This document shows, one piece after another, positions 13,404-27,035 of a stretch of DNA of 64,000 bases. The notes under the pieces were generated by a model, which was not told the origin of the DNA, searched no databases, and saw only the letters and a program-made list of their open reading frames with translations. The number at the start of each line of letters is the position of its first letter. The first letter of the stretch is position 1. Source of the stretch: Eledone cirrhosa (lineage: Eukaryota); assembly GCA_964016885.1 (NCBI GenBank), contig OZ024745.1, positions 104,780,001 through 104,844,000 on the forward strand, written 5' to 3'. Both the position numbers and the translations under genes were made by a program.

Positions 13404-13925
13404 CCATCTGAGTGAGTTTCTTGGTCAGTGTCCAAGTCTCAGACCCATACAGCAGCACAGACTCCACTACAGCAATGAAGAGGCGGATTTTCAGGTCTCT
13501 ACGAAGGTCCGACTTCCACACCGATCTCAAGCTGTGACACGCCGCCCAGGCCTTGCTCTTCCTCTCAACCACATCATCTTCCGTATTCCCAATCTTTGCT
13601 CCCAAATACAGGAAGTCCTCAACCAATTCCAGCGGCTTCCCGCCTACATTAGTGATCCCCTCTGGCTTCTCAACATTCTCTACCAGATATTTTGTTTTAG
13701 TCTCATTCATTCTCAGCCCCACACTCATCGACACAGTCTCAACCTCCCGCATCAAATCCTCTGCCTCCTTCACTGTATTTGTCACCAAAACTATGTCGTC
13801 GGCAAATTCAGCATCCGATACCCTTTTCGCCCCAACTCTCCTGCTCTGAGCCGGTGCTACAGTAAAGCCAGTGTCCTGGTGTTTCTCCAGTGCAAGGCGC
13901 ATACAATAGTCCACTACGATGATAA
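13399..13925 (-). mobile_element. RTE-clade LINE reverse-transcriptase fragment (inverted 5' segment)
   Basis: ORF 13396-13956(-): FIIVVDYCMR, DAEFADDIVL, GLRMNETKTKY, VEDFLYLG, LLYGSETWTLTK. Confidence 0.9.
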
Positions 13926-14378
<453 letters not shown>

Positions 14379-14537
14379 CTGGTATCTATCTTTTTAAAGC
14401 AGGGCCAATAACATTGTTTGAACTCCATGTGGCTCTGAAGTAGTATTTCCAAGGAGATCAGGTGATGAGAGTTATTGTTTTTGTAGTATGCTTTCATCAT
14501 ATCAGATTCTGTTGTGCATTTTAAATGAACTACAAAG

Positions 14538-14570
<33 letters not shown>

Positions 14571-14571
<1 letters not shown>

Positions 14572-15337
14572 TAGCAGCTGAGCCCGGTTGCACCTGGGGC
14601 CACTTTTTATTAAGTTAATAATTTGAAAAATATTATTGAAAGTTTATTATAAAGAAGCAGTTTCAGGAAAAAAAATAGAATTTTTTTTTTAATATTCATT
14701 GTCTTATTTAAAATAACATATCAAAGACAACATTATTTCGCTGTTGATAAACTGTTGCCTTCTACAGTACATTTCATTTTCATTTTTCAATTACAGTTGC
14801 TCTATATTAAATTTAAATACTTCTATAACGATCATACAGTACCGTTTTATGAAATCGATTCTGCAGTAGAATTTTACGAAATGCCAAACCGAAAAAGGTC
14901 ACTGTTTTCTAACAAAAGAAATAAAACCCTAACATTGTGAACCCCCTGATTTAATACTGGGGTTAGTTATTTCCCCCTCTTCTAATAAACATCTAATATA
15001 TAGAGACCCCTCTTGCTGACCAGGGCATTCAAAGTGTAAACTATCATACAAACCTTCATAATCTGCATTTTCAAACTTGCATATCATCGACATTGCTATT
15101 TAGCTGTTAATAAACAACGCTAGAGGGAATAACTCACCAGAAGCGATAGTAAATAGACTGTTTGGGGGCCCTAGGGACCACATTTTTCAAGTTAGAGATT
15201 TGAAACCTCATCTATTTGCTTCCTTGGCACTTTTTACATAGGTGTGTAAATTTTCATGTCCGACGCCCACGTCTACTACCATTTAACCGTGCACATCTGA
15301 ATTTCAACCACCACCCATTTCACAAATATATATTAGA
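14571..15337 (-). mobile_element. Non-autonomous Helitron-like element
   Basis: On the minus strand it starts TCTAATATAT and ends with a GC hairpin (cccggttgcacctggg) followed by CTAG; same end architecture as the elements at 17049 and 28449. Confidence 0.55.
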
Positions 15338-15619
15338 TATATATGTGTGTGTGTTAAACAATGAAAACAAAAGGTGAAAATTGGTGCTTAATCAGTTCAT
15401 TGATTTACGATCATATCTTCTGAAAATGGATGTTAAACGGTGATGATGATGATGCGTAACATACTAGCAAATTATTATTTACTGAAACCAGCAAGAAAGC
15501 CTCTATGTGGTATCTTACACTGCTAGAAACAGTAACTAAATCTCACTGAAATCCCACCACACAAACAAAAATTGAAAGGACACATTGAATAATATCTTTC
15601 TTTCTTTAGATATGGATAA

Positions 15620-16168
15620 CATCATCATCATCATCATCATTTTACGTCCGCTTTTCCCTGCTTGCAAGGGTGGGACGGGTCTTATTCAGCACAGCATCTC
15701 TCCACTCGTCACGGTCCCTCGTCATCTCCACTGTGAGCTTCAATGATCTGAGGTCTGTTCTCACCATCTCCGCCCATGTTTTTCGTGGTCTACCTCTACC
15801 ACGTCTTCCTTCAACTGGCAATTCCTGGCACTTCTTCACCCATCGGTCATCCACCATGCGCATCACATGTCCATACCACCTCAGTCTCCTCTCCCGTACA
15901 CTACATTCTATCCCTCTCAGACACAGTTTCTCTCTCAACACATTTATGCTGGGTCGTTCACGCACATTTACACTGCACATCCAACGGAGCATGCTTGCCT
16001 CATTTCTCTCCAGCCGTCGCATATCCTCTGCAGTTGCTGCCCATGTCTCACTACCATGCAGCATCGCCCTCCTCACACAGGCATCATACAACCGGCCTTT
16101 CGTACGCAGGGAGAAACCCTTCTTCGTCAACAGAGGAAGCAGCTCCCTAAACTTCTTTCAACCCGTCC
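15620..16168 (-). mobile_element. RTE-clade LINE 3' fragment, partner of family-A SINE
   Basis: ORF 15642-16130: KGRLYDACV..MLHGSETW..RRLRWYGHVMRM..GRGRPRKTW..DRDEWR. The 3' end and (ATG)n tail match the SINE-A tail. Confidence 0.9.
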
Positions 16169-16450
16169 TTATTCTAGATACTATAGGCATGAAAAATAGG
16201 CATGAAAAATAACAGCAACACTCGATATTTACTTAATAAGAATTGTTAAAACATTGAATGAATTTCATTTTGGTATTTAGTTACAGACCTTTATGTTGAG
16301 TTCAAATCCCATTAAAATCAAAGGAGGTGTTCATCCTTCTGGGGTCAATAGGATTGACTATATCTATATATTTCACCCCAACTTTGAGGCATTGTGCCTA
16401 AATTAGAAATAAATATTATCTTGAGAAGTGGTTAGGCTTCTATATAGTCA

Positions 16451-17019
16451 TTAACTCTTTAGCATTTAAACCGGCTGTATCCAGCCAGAATTTTCTCCCC
16501 TCTTTCTGTTCAAACTGACTGTAACTGGCCACTCATACTGCCGTTAAGGTATTATTCTCAAAATGAATAATATCAAACAAAATCTTGTAGATTCAATATT
16601 ATGAGAGATAATGTGAGGTAAAGCCTTTGCAGTGAGAATATAATAGTATATATGGAGGCACATGGCTTAGTGGTTAGAGCATTGGCCTTGCAAACGAAAG
16701 GTTGTGAGTTCAATTCTCAGACCGGGTGATGTGTTGTTTCCTTGAGCAAGACGCTTTATTTCACATTGCTTCAGTTTACTCAGCTGTAGAAATGAGATGA
16801 TAGGGACTGAGGTCCCTATCATTCCACTGCAAAGTGGTCGTGGAGGTGCCACGGCAAAAAAGCACCCAGCACTCACTGTAAAAATGAGGTTGGTGTTAGG
16901 AAGGGCATCCAGCTGTAGAAATCAAGCCAGAATCAGTTCCCGTCCCACCCTTGCAAGCAGGGAAAAGCAGACGTAAAATGAAATGATGATATTGAGTAAT
17001 GTAACTGCTAAAGGGTTAA
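16451..17019. mobile_element. TTAA-flanked piggyBac-type MITE interrupted by a family-A SINE
   Basis: Ends ttaa-ctctttagca ... tgctaaaggg-ttaa. The body matches the uninterrupted copies at 28126 and 52441; the SINE is at 16654-16990. Confidence 0.8.
16654..16990 (+). mobile_element. Family-A SINE (full length)
   Basis: A/B boxes, CORE-like body, LINE tail, (ATG)n. Confidence 0.88.
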
Positions 17020-17048
17020 ACCTTAGCTAATATAGTCTTAGTACACTA

Positions 17049-17816
17049 CTAGCAGAATGGCTCGGCATTGCTCGGGATTCTAAACATAGATTGGTATGTT
17101 TATCCCTCCTTTCTGAAACAGTTTTGTTGTATGTTCACCAATTGTTGTATGTTCACCTAATAAAAAGTGAAGTCGCCTTGGGTGAATAGGCAAATAATTT
17201 TCCATTAAGATTTTTCAAATGCATGTAATTGCGTTCCCTCTCTTTTTTGTTGTTGTTTTTCCTGCTGTCGAGCCTCGTGAAATAAATACATTTGTTTATA
17301 TTTTGTTATTGTGCATGCAAAAATATCTGTACAGGAATATATAATTAAATATTAAAATAACAGATTAAAGTTTAAGCGAAGAATCGCTGCTTTCACCCTT
17401 AACGGGATCTTCTGAAACTAAAAAAATCAATCTGTGAACGCAGAAGTAAATATTTTGAAAAACGTTACACACTATATATATATACACACACACTATATAT
17501 ACATATATACACACACACACAGATAGTGTCATAATGTTGTAATGCAGATAGCCAGACATACAGACAGATATTATAAGGGCGCAACATCATAGCTATGTAT
17601 CTATCGAAAAAGACAGACTAAGAATGACAGAGAGAGATCGTTACCGGCGCCTTATGCGGTCCCTAGGGCATTGAACATTTGAAATATTTTTTGCTCAAAA
17701 CACTCACACGACCATAAGTATTACATGTGTAAAATTTGAAAACAATCGGTTGGGTGGTTCTCGAGTTTTAAGGAGTCAGACAGATAGACAGACATTCTCT
17801 GTTTTAGATATATAGA
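17049..17816 (-). mobile_element. Non-autonomous Helitron
   Basis: Minus strand a|TCTATATATC...cccgagcaatgccgag hairpin...CTAG|t; internal homology to 28449-29425. Confidence 0.75.
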
Positions 17817-17974
17817 TGACTGTAAACAAAATAAAATGGTCATGGCAAGAACACTTTAATATGTTTGCTTTATCTAATAAAAATAAACACACTATTAAAG
17901 GGCACAAAAAAGAAAATGAAAAGAAAAAAAAGAAAAAAGGAGAGGTAGAGGGACAAACACTATTTCCTAGTTTG

Positions 17975-18330
17975 CATGGCGCCTCAGTCATGCCCTGCAG
18001 ATGAAATGGCAAGGTGTTACTGCAGAGACACCTACTGCAATAGCCACCCACCTCACAGAGCTCCTCCTCAAGCAGGCCACTGTCTTTCTGACTTTATGGA
18101 GGAAATCAGCAGTGCAGGTACCAAGGGCAGCAGATGTCTGGACAGAACCGGTGCAAAAAAGAAGTGGTCGGTCAGGCCCTGGTATTTAACTATCTTCCTC
18201 TCCTCTACCATCTGGGCAGTGGGGCCCAGGTTTGTGTCCGAAACAACAAAGTTGGAAGTGGAGAATGATTTGCTGCATGTCATGTCTGTCCCAAATTAGG
18301 AATTTTCCTTCCTCAACTGGGAAGTGGGGT
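17975..18330 (-). mobile_element. Degenerate CRE-like RLE endonuclease fragment
   Basis: DMTCSKSF...GPTAQMVEERKIVKYQGLTDHFFFAPV, homologous to the fragment at 3-345. Confidence 0.65.
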
Positions 18331-20331
18331 AATATTTATAGGTTTGTTGTTCTGGAGCTAATCAATAACAATCAATATGTAGTCTGCCTGATGTCCACTG
18401 CTGAACAAGTGGTAAGCTCCTACTGAGCTTATATTACTGATACCCTTAAGAAAAGCATGAACATCTGTGAAGTGGTCATGTAGAAATCACAACAAAAAGC
18501 ATGCAGCACACACTGTAAATGTGGTTGGTGTTAGGAAGGGCATTCAGCCATAGAAATCTAGCCACAAACAGTTCTATATGAGCAAGACATGGTCTCCTGA
18601 CCTGACTTGCCTCTAATGGGACAACCTGCCTAACCCATGCTAGTGTGGAAAATGGATGTTAAACAATGATGATGATGATGAACACCTTCATTTCATATTT
18701 CCTGCTCCCTTAAAATGAAGAAGCTTTGATCTGAATGAAAATAAAACCAATATTCATGTCAGGTTTGGTTATTGTTTAGCTTCTAATCAATCCTGATTAA
18801 GCAGACACACAATCAAAGACACCTTTTGTATGGTTCTGGCTGTGTCAAACAAACAAGCCTTCTGTAGCATCAGGACATTCAACTCTATATCCAATATCTA
18901 TGACCACATGTCTAAACCTCTAGCTTCTCTCCCTAAAGCTTCTATTGCAATTGGGGAGATTTTCATTTATTTATTTGTGTTCCAGCCGAGGGGCTGAGGC
19001 CATGTTGGGGCACTGAGCAACTTTGTCCTTTATTCAGCTGTACTTTATCTTTTACTACACTAACCAATTTCTACCCTACTTTTAAGGCAGTAGTATATTA
19101 CTTGAGAGAAATATGGCTGCTATTTCTTGCAGTTTGCATGACTGTGTAGCTGGTAGACTAAATATGAAGGACTTATCAACTATCTTAATCGCTTTCATTT
19201 CTACAGTTGGTATTCGTCCTTGACTTTGAATCATATACCACTGGATTTATAGATAAAATATTCCTTGTACTAAGGACTCAGTTACTCATCATGATATACA
19301 CTTAAAACATCCTGGAAAACTATGTAGAAATATAGAGTGTGCAGTCCCTCAATGACTCCCTCATCACTTTCAGTCAAATAGGAAAAAAAAAATCATGTTA
19401 TGACATGAGTTACTTTTATGGTTGATGTTACACAACACTTTATGTTTGCATAGAAACCAGTAGAACATAGCAATAAACCTAGTTTCTATTTAACCCCAGG
19501 TCTGTCCTCATTGTCCTGATCTATAATCAAAGGTAATCCAGTCATAGCCTTCTTCTTTTATGTTTTTCAGATATAATTTATCTAAGCTTATATAAACATC
19601 ATCCAATGTGTACTTCTTACTTTTTAAGATGGTAAGATAACCATTAGCCCTGGTAAGATAACCATTAACCATTTAGCATTTACATTACTCTCTATATATT
19701 ATTATATTTTCACTGTAAAGGCTTTATCTCACATAATTATCTCACATAATATCGAATCTATGATATTTTGATATTTATTTTGAGAACAATACTTTAACAT
19801 CAGTATGAGTGGCCGGTTACAGCCGGTTTGAACAGAAAGAGGTGAGAGAATTCTGGCTGGTTTCCAGCAGGTTGAGTGTCACAAAAAGCCCTCCTTGTTG
19901 ACTTGCAATGAAATAAGCATAGTTGTTTAGCCCCAGGTCGACCCCGATTGAGTAGATCTATGATCAAAGACATTTCAACCATGACCATCCCATCTTTTTT
20001 TTTAGGTATTGTGTATATTTGGCTACATTATTCAATGTGTCATTTTAAAAGAGAGCAGGGTGTGATTTGAGGTAGATGTAGCTGTTAATTCTAGCAGAGT
20101 AAGTGACCATGTAGAGTCTTCCTTATTGGCTTGCAATGTAGTGTGAACATAGTTGTTGTGTATAGTGGATGGAGAATGTGTGTGTGTGACTTAATGAGTA
20201 AGTGTGTGTATATATGTGTGAGAGAGAATGTGTGGGACTAAATGACTGTGTGTGTGTGTGACTTAATGAGTGTGTGTGAGAGAGAGAGAATGTGTGTGTG
20301 ACTTAATGAGTGTGTGTGTGTGTGTATATGT

Positions 20332-20366
<35 letters not shown>

Positions 20367-20994
20367 TGATTGAGTGATTATACGAATGCCTGTGTTTATG
20401 TTTGTGTTTATGTGTAGAAATGCCCCATTATGATATCATATAACTCTCTGCCTAATTATCAAATTCTGGGAAAACACCATAAAATTGTGATTTTAACCAA
20501 AACATTGATAACGAAAAAAAAAAAAAAAAAAAGGAATAGAAAAGAAAAAAAAAACAACAGATGTTCATAACTTTCCTTTTTATTTAACAATTCATTGTAT
20601 TTATTTATTCATTTTACACTGTTTTACATCCATTTTTCAATAGCTGTAATGATTATTATTGGAGCAATTAATTTTACGACTGATTGCTCTCTGTACTGCT
20701 AACCACTCAACTGTTAAAATAGAGAGTGTACTGTGGAACCTGTTCTGTGTCAGACAGGAAAACTTGAGCAAGCACAGTTATGTGTTTTGCTCAGTGGGCA
20801 AGATTCAGTAACAGCGACAGTGGTAGCAGTAGTAATAGTTGTTTCTACTTTTGGCACAAGGCCAGCAAATACCCAGTGCATTACTGGTACTTTATTTTAT
20901 CTACCCCGTAAGGATGAAAGGCAAAGTTCACCTTGGCAGGATTTGAACTCAGACCGTAAAGGGATGTAACTATGCTGGGAAGCATGGCGTCCTA

Positions 20995-21262
20995 GCAGTA
21001 GTAATAGTAGCAGCTGTTGAGGTAGTAGTAGTAATAGTAATAGTAGTAGTAGTAGTAGTTGAGGTAGGAGGGATAGAGATAGTAGTAGTAGTAGTAGTAG
21101 TAGTTGAGGTAGGAGGGATAGAGATAGTAGTTGAGGTAGGAGAAATAGAGGTAGTAGTAGTAGTAGTAATAGTAGTAGCTGTTGAGGTAGTAGTAATGGT
21201 AGAGGTAACAGCAGTAGTAGTAGTAGTAGTTGATGTTGTTCTTGTTGTTGTTGCTGTTGCTG
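20995..21262. repeat. Compound (AGT)n/(GTT)n trinucleotide repeat
   Basis: Direct inspection. Confidence 0.9.
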
Positions 21263-24200
21263 TTTATCCTCCAGGTCAGCTCCAATCAAGCAGACCTAAG
21301 ATTATATGTGTTCCAGCAAAGACTGTCATGTCTGAATCGCTTCAAAATGAGAGGGGGTAATTTAGTTTAAAGCAGATTTGGCAAGTACCTATTTCTAGCA
21401 GGTTGAGTGACCACACAGTGGCTGATTCTTGTTATTTAGTGTTGAACCTCCATCAGTTCTGAAGACAAGTGTTCCAGTTATTTGAACAGAACAGAACAGC
21501 CTGCTCAGAAAATCAACATGCAAGTAGTTGAGTATTTCATTGACATGTATACTTTTAACAGAGGTCTCAGGGAGATTCAGGATGACACAGTGTGTGACAA
21601 AATTGTTTGTTTGAATCACACATGCAACTCACTTTTGCCAGTTGAATGAACTGGAGCAATGTGAAATAAAGTGTCTTCCTCAAGGACGTAGATAGGAATC
21701 CAAATCACAATCTTGTGATTGTAAGCTGAACACCTTAACCATAAAGCCACACAACTCCTTCTTACTGGAATGGAATGGGCATCTGTTGGAGTTCAGTTGT
21801 TTGATCACTGGTACTGCCAGCTCATGAAATTAACATGCAAGTGGCTGAGCATTCCACAGACACATACCTTTAATGTAATTCTCGGGGAGATTCAGCATGA
21901 TAGAGGAAATGACAAGGTTGGCTTTTGAATTGCAAGTACATTCCATCTTACGGGCTTCCAAGCAGTTTCTGCCTACCAAATTTCTCTCACATGGCATGGG
22001 TCGACTCATAGCTATGATAAATGACACTTACTGAAGATGCCATGTCAGGGGATTGAATGTAAGACCTTCTGATTGCAAAGCAAGCTTCTTAGCCATTCAG
22101 CCATGTTGCATCCACACTTCTTTGTAACAGTTTTAGTAGTAGTAGTTGCAACAGCAGTAGCAATAGTAATCATCATAGTAGTAGTAGTAGTCGTAGTAGT
22201 AGTAGTAGTAATAGCAGTAGTAGTAGTAGTAGTTATTTATATTGTGCAGTTGATGGTAATATTTAACCTCAAGGTTGTTCCTTCATATGTTCTTTGTTGT
22301 TTATAATAACTAGTTCACTCTCGTATTTAATTTCTGCTCACTTGTGCTTGATTTACTTTGATTACAAACTGATGTTTTCTTTTACCTGCTTGTCTTGTAA
22401 TGTTGTTGTTACTATGTAGAGCCATATGAAATAGGCAATATATAGTATTTAGTATTAAAACAACAACAGCAATAATAATTTCTAATTTCTTATATAAGCA
22501 TAAAGCCAGAAATATTGGGGGAAAAGCCTGGTTGTTCAAAATTGACTCCAGTACTTGACAGGGATTGTATTTTATTGATGCTGGAGGGATGAAAGTCAAA
22601 ACAATGACTAATTAAATACTGTAAGGAATTTTTAGGTTACATAAAACAGTTGTTTTGCACTATTATCATTTATTAAGTATGATAAGTATAAAATGTTTTG
22701 TTTGGTAAGTACAACCATAAAAACAGTCAGAACTGAAGTGAAAGAAAACATATTTAAACTTTACCACTAACATACATTGAGTACATAAATTTGTAAATAT
22801 AATTTTCAGGTTGATAATTAAAAGTAAATCTAAATAAACTTATACTAAGTACTTTGGGGATAGAAAGTTTCATTCCTGAGACAATGGCATTATGTATGAA
22901 GCAGTCATGGTTTCACATAGGCTTCTAAAGATTTTAGTCAATTATAACTTACTTTCAGTTAAATGTAGCCTTCTTTTCTTCTTCTTTTTAGTCCTGTAAC
23001 TCCCGAGGGAATTGTAGAGGTGCAGTAATGGCATACAGTGTTTCTAGGGCATTTTAAAAACCTAGTGGAACCCATCCCTCTCCAGGTTTGAATACAGCAG
23101 ATTTCTTCCAGAGAAAGATAGAGATTGAATAGAAGTGAGAAAGAGATATAGAAGAGTTGACCCCAGAACTAGATTGGTACTTTTTTTTATCGACCTCAAT
23201 TGGATGAAAGGTAAAGTTGGTTTCGGTCGAATTTGAACTCAGAGAGCAGAGAACCAAAACAAATATCGCAAAGCATGTTATCCGATGTTCTAACAACTCT
23301 TCCAATTTGCCACCTTAAAAATGAAGCCTAATGTATCTCTGTTAGATTTACTGTATTTAGCCTTTAATGTTGCTCTCTCATTTTATATGAGAAAACACAG
23401 CCAGTCAAATCTGTAAGATGGTCAGACTTGTATTATGATAAAAAGCACACAGTCTACCCTGTAGGATGGTAGTGCTCTGTCGATCCTGTGGGGTGTCATA
23501 CCAGTACTGTAATTGGGGTTCACAGTCCACCCTGTAAGATAGTAGTGCAGGTGCCTCGAAAAATGCACCCAGTCCATTCTGTGAATGGTTGTACTGGTGC
23601 CCAGACAAAAAGAAGCCAGTCCACCCTGTAAAGTGGTTGGCATATGGAAGCACTTTCATTTTTAGAAAACCAAGCCAAAAATATATCCTATGATCAAGAT
23701 ATAGTTATCTAACTTGTCTAGCCTAATTTAACTCATGGAAGTATGGAAAATAGATGTTAAACAGTAATGATGATGATGATGATGAAAATTACACATAGCA
23801 GTGATAAAATGCTGTAATATTGAAAGCTACTGTTTAGTATCATGAAAATGCATTCAGAGCAATACAAAACTGAAGTCAGCATTAAATACAGGAGACTAAA
23901 TTCATTTCATTAACACAGAAACAGCAGTTATCTATAGATTAATTATAAAGGATATTCATGTTTAAATAACATTTTTAAGGAAAAAAAAAAATCGGGCAGC
24001 AAGAAAGCTTCAAACTATTTATTAAAGGCCCAAATAGAATAAAATAAATAAAAAAACCCACAAATAAATAAATAAATAAATGCTAATATAAATACTATAC
24101 AGATAGTAATTATTGATCAAAATATTATATAAACTAATGTTTACATAATAAGGTTGGAACTTGGTAACCTCGAGTTAAAAATAATTTATAAAAGATAATA

Positions 24201-24489
24201 TAGTACAACGGTTCTTTTGAAAGCAGGAATATTGAAGAATTCAAAAAGAGGTAGTGTAACATGTAGAGATCTTAGTGAGTGTGGAGTGTAAATGAAAAGA
24301 ACAGCATTATATAATGGTTTCTTCAGTAAATGTAACATTGATGAGCAGACTTCTCCATAGGTCTTCCTAGGTTTAGATTAGAGAGGAAGTTCTTTCCAGT
24401 TCCAGTGTGTATAATATGTATGCATGTATGTATGGATGGATGTATGTATGGATGGATGTATATTCATGTATGCATATGTGTATATATGC

Positions 24490-24810
24490 GTGGGGACATA
24501 GAAATAATCGGGCTGGATACCCAATCCCACAGTTAAACCACTGTCAGGGCATTCTTCTAGGAGAAGAAAACTCAGGAAACTGGGATAACTCCGACATAAA
24601 ACCTATGGCTCAGTAGTTACCGATGATGTTGATCTTTTCTTCTTTTCGGGTTATAGCTACTGTTGCTCAGAGAGTGGGATTGGCTCAGTGCACAGTCTTT
24701 CCTCACTTTAAAAAAATCGTCATGCACAGGCATTGCACGATAGCATTAATTGCTAATTATTAATAATGTTATATCGTGCAATGGCCATACTCGATAATGA
24801 GGGGGCAGCC
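24490..24810 (+). mobile_element. RTE-5'UTR-related short element
   Basis: gagagtgggattgg...gtgcacagtctttcctcactttaaa resembles 11566-11610; a minus-strand relative lies at 56022-56165. Confidence 0.5.
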
Positions 24811-25249
24811 ATAATGTATGTATGTATTATATGTATGTATATAGTGTATGCAATTCAATGAATTATTGGGTGTGGTGCCAAAACGAGCACTTGAAGCACA
24901 GACACTGTATATTTTAAGAAAAATGATGAAGTTTCATTTACACGTAGTTAGTCTTTTATTGTGTACTGACCTGTTATGTGCATTTCGCAGAGGATTGGCT
25001 AAGGGTCACCCATCGAGGTTATGGACCCAACTCCATTATCAATCTGCTCTTCAGACTGGTGATTCAACAGAAAATATAGTGTTTGTTGTGATTTGTGAGA
25101 TGATGAGAATATATATATACATCAGCTATATTTTTTTGTGTATGTTGGCATATCTAAGTGTTTGAGTGTATTGGTAGGGCTACTTTTGTGCATATTTATA
25201 CAGATATTTCGGGATGAGGTGATAAAAACTGACCTTGCTCACTTACACC

Positions 25250-25665
25250 TCTCTAAGACAATGACACTGGATTGAGATCTCTGGCGCCATGCAATTGTAC
25301 AGAAGACCTGACTGCCATTGCATACAAACCTAGAGTCAGAAGGCACCTCTTAACCCAATGTACACCCCACAGCACACACCCTACCCCATCCTCCCTCTCC
25401 CGGTCCATCCACTGCGTCGATGACACAACAGTCCACACTGTAAGGTGGTTGTGTAGGAGACATGGTAGAAAGGCTCCCAGTCCACACTGTAAATGTGGTT
25501 GGTGTTAGGAAGGGCATCCAGCTGTAAAAAACCTGCCAGAGACGCTTCCGTACGAGCAAGACACGGTCTCCCGACCATTCCCGCATCAAATGGAACAAAA
25601 CCGTCTAACCCATGCTAGCGTGGAAGATGGACATTAAACGGTGATGATGATGATGATGATGATGA
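25250..25665 (+). mobile_element. SINE/LINE-tail element with (GAT)n tail
   Basis: cagtccacactgtaa duplications, ggttggtgttaggaagggcatccagctgta and aacccatgctagcgtggaagatggac(gat)n, shared with copies at ~12745, 18510, 46010 and 57270(-). Confidence 0.7.
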
Positions 25666-25817
25666 TATTTTCATGTGCATATGTGTCTCTGTGTGTGTGT
25701 GTGTGTGCATGTGTTCATTGATATGTGTCTGTGTGTGTTCATGTGTTGGTATGTGAGTTGGACATTCACAGTCTAGTTATTGTGGTGTAGTGCTGTATCG
25801 TAAACAGGAAGGGAAAA

Positions 25818-27035
25818 TAATTGTTTCTACTTTTGGCACAAGGCCAGCAATTACCCAGTGTATTACTGGTACTTTATTTTCTCGAGCCCCCGTAAGGATG
25901 AAAGGCAAAGTTAACCTCGGCGGCATTTGAACTCAGAATGGCAAGGGCCGTAACTCTATACGTCAAAGCATGGCGTCTGACCTTCTACTGATACCGCCAA
26001 TCTATTGAGCATAATAATAATAACATTAAAAACAATATTGATAACGATCACAATAACAATGCTTTCTTTATTAACCACAAGGGTTTACACAAAGTAGACA
26101 TTAAGGACAGTACAGGACAATACAGGACGGTACAAAAGGGCATTTCTGCGTGTAAAAAAAAACAAGAAACAGAGGATGTAATAATAGAACAATGAAAAAA
26201 TTCCCCAATAGGGGGGAGACCTCCGAGGGACATTCGTGGAGAAAGCCCATTAAAAAGCCGCAGTGACCCTGACCACCAGGGCAAGTGCCCTCTCCCAGTT
26301 TTCCACCTTTAATTTACAGACACATATTCACTCGGGCCATTCTTGCCTCTCTCACCCATCGATCACAATAACAATGACGATAGTAATGATAGTAATAATT
26401 GTTTCTACTTTTGGCACAAGGCCAGCAATTACCCCAGTGTATTACTGGTACCTTATTTTATCGACCCCCCCCCCCCCGTAGGGTTGAAAGGCAAAGTTAA
26501 ACCTCGGCGGGATTTGAACTCAGATCGTAAAGGGACGTAACTCTATGCTGCAAAGCATGGCGTCCGACACTCTACCGATACTGCCAATGGCAACAAGATA
26601 GGGTCGTGGGTGCAGAGTCCTCAAACACTCCTTCCAACAGGTCCTGTGAGAAGCAACCATCTCCAACTGATCTGGCTGGATCCCCAAGCAAGACCAGCCA
26701 AGCTCGAAAATCCTGCTACCATGACACTCATTTCGTTATGAACTAAAATCCCAATAATACAAAAAATAGCAGCTTGATATAAAATTATATTACTCTGATA
26801 TTTATATCATTTCAGCACTGTAAAAATAACAATTTGATATGAATTCACATTTGGCAGCATCAGTAGAGCATCAGACACCATGCTTTGCAGCATAAAGTTA
26901 TGGCTCTTTATGCTCTGAGTTCAAATCCCGCCGAGGTTAACTTTGCCTTTCACCCTTACGCGGCTGATAAAATAAAGCACCAGTAATGCACTGGGGTAAT
27001 TGCTGGCCTTGCGCCCCAAATAGGAGCAATTATTG
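25818..27035. mobile_element. Cluster of family-B SINEs (25818-26010 -, 26394-26588 -, 26850-27035 +) around a LINE 3'-end fragment (26060-26330 -)
   Basis: SINE-B core and tail motifs. The LINE end with AATAAA is homologous to 33760-33910(+). Confidence 0.75.

Noticed and set aside
15401-15410. TGATTTACGA Pbx/posterior-Hox site (and TTTACGA at ~41582 and ~54713)
   Set aside because: Short AT-rich motifs expected by chance; no conservation data.
20897-21289. PolyQ/polyL/polyY ORFs
   Set aside because: Trinucleotide-repeat artefact.
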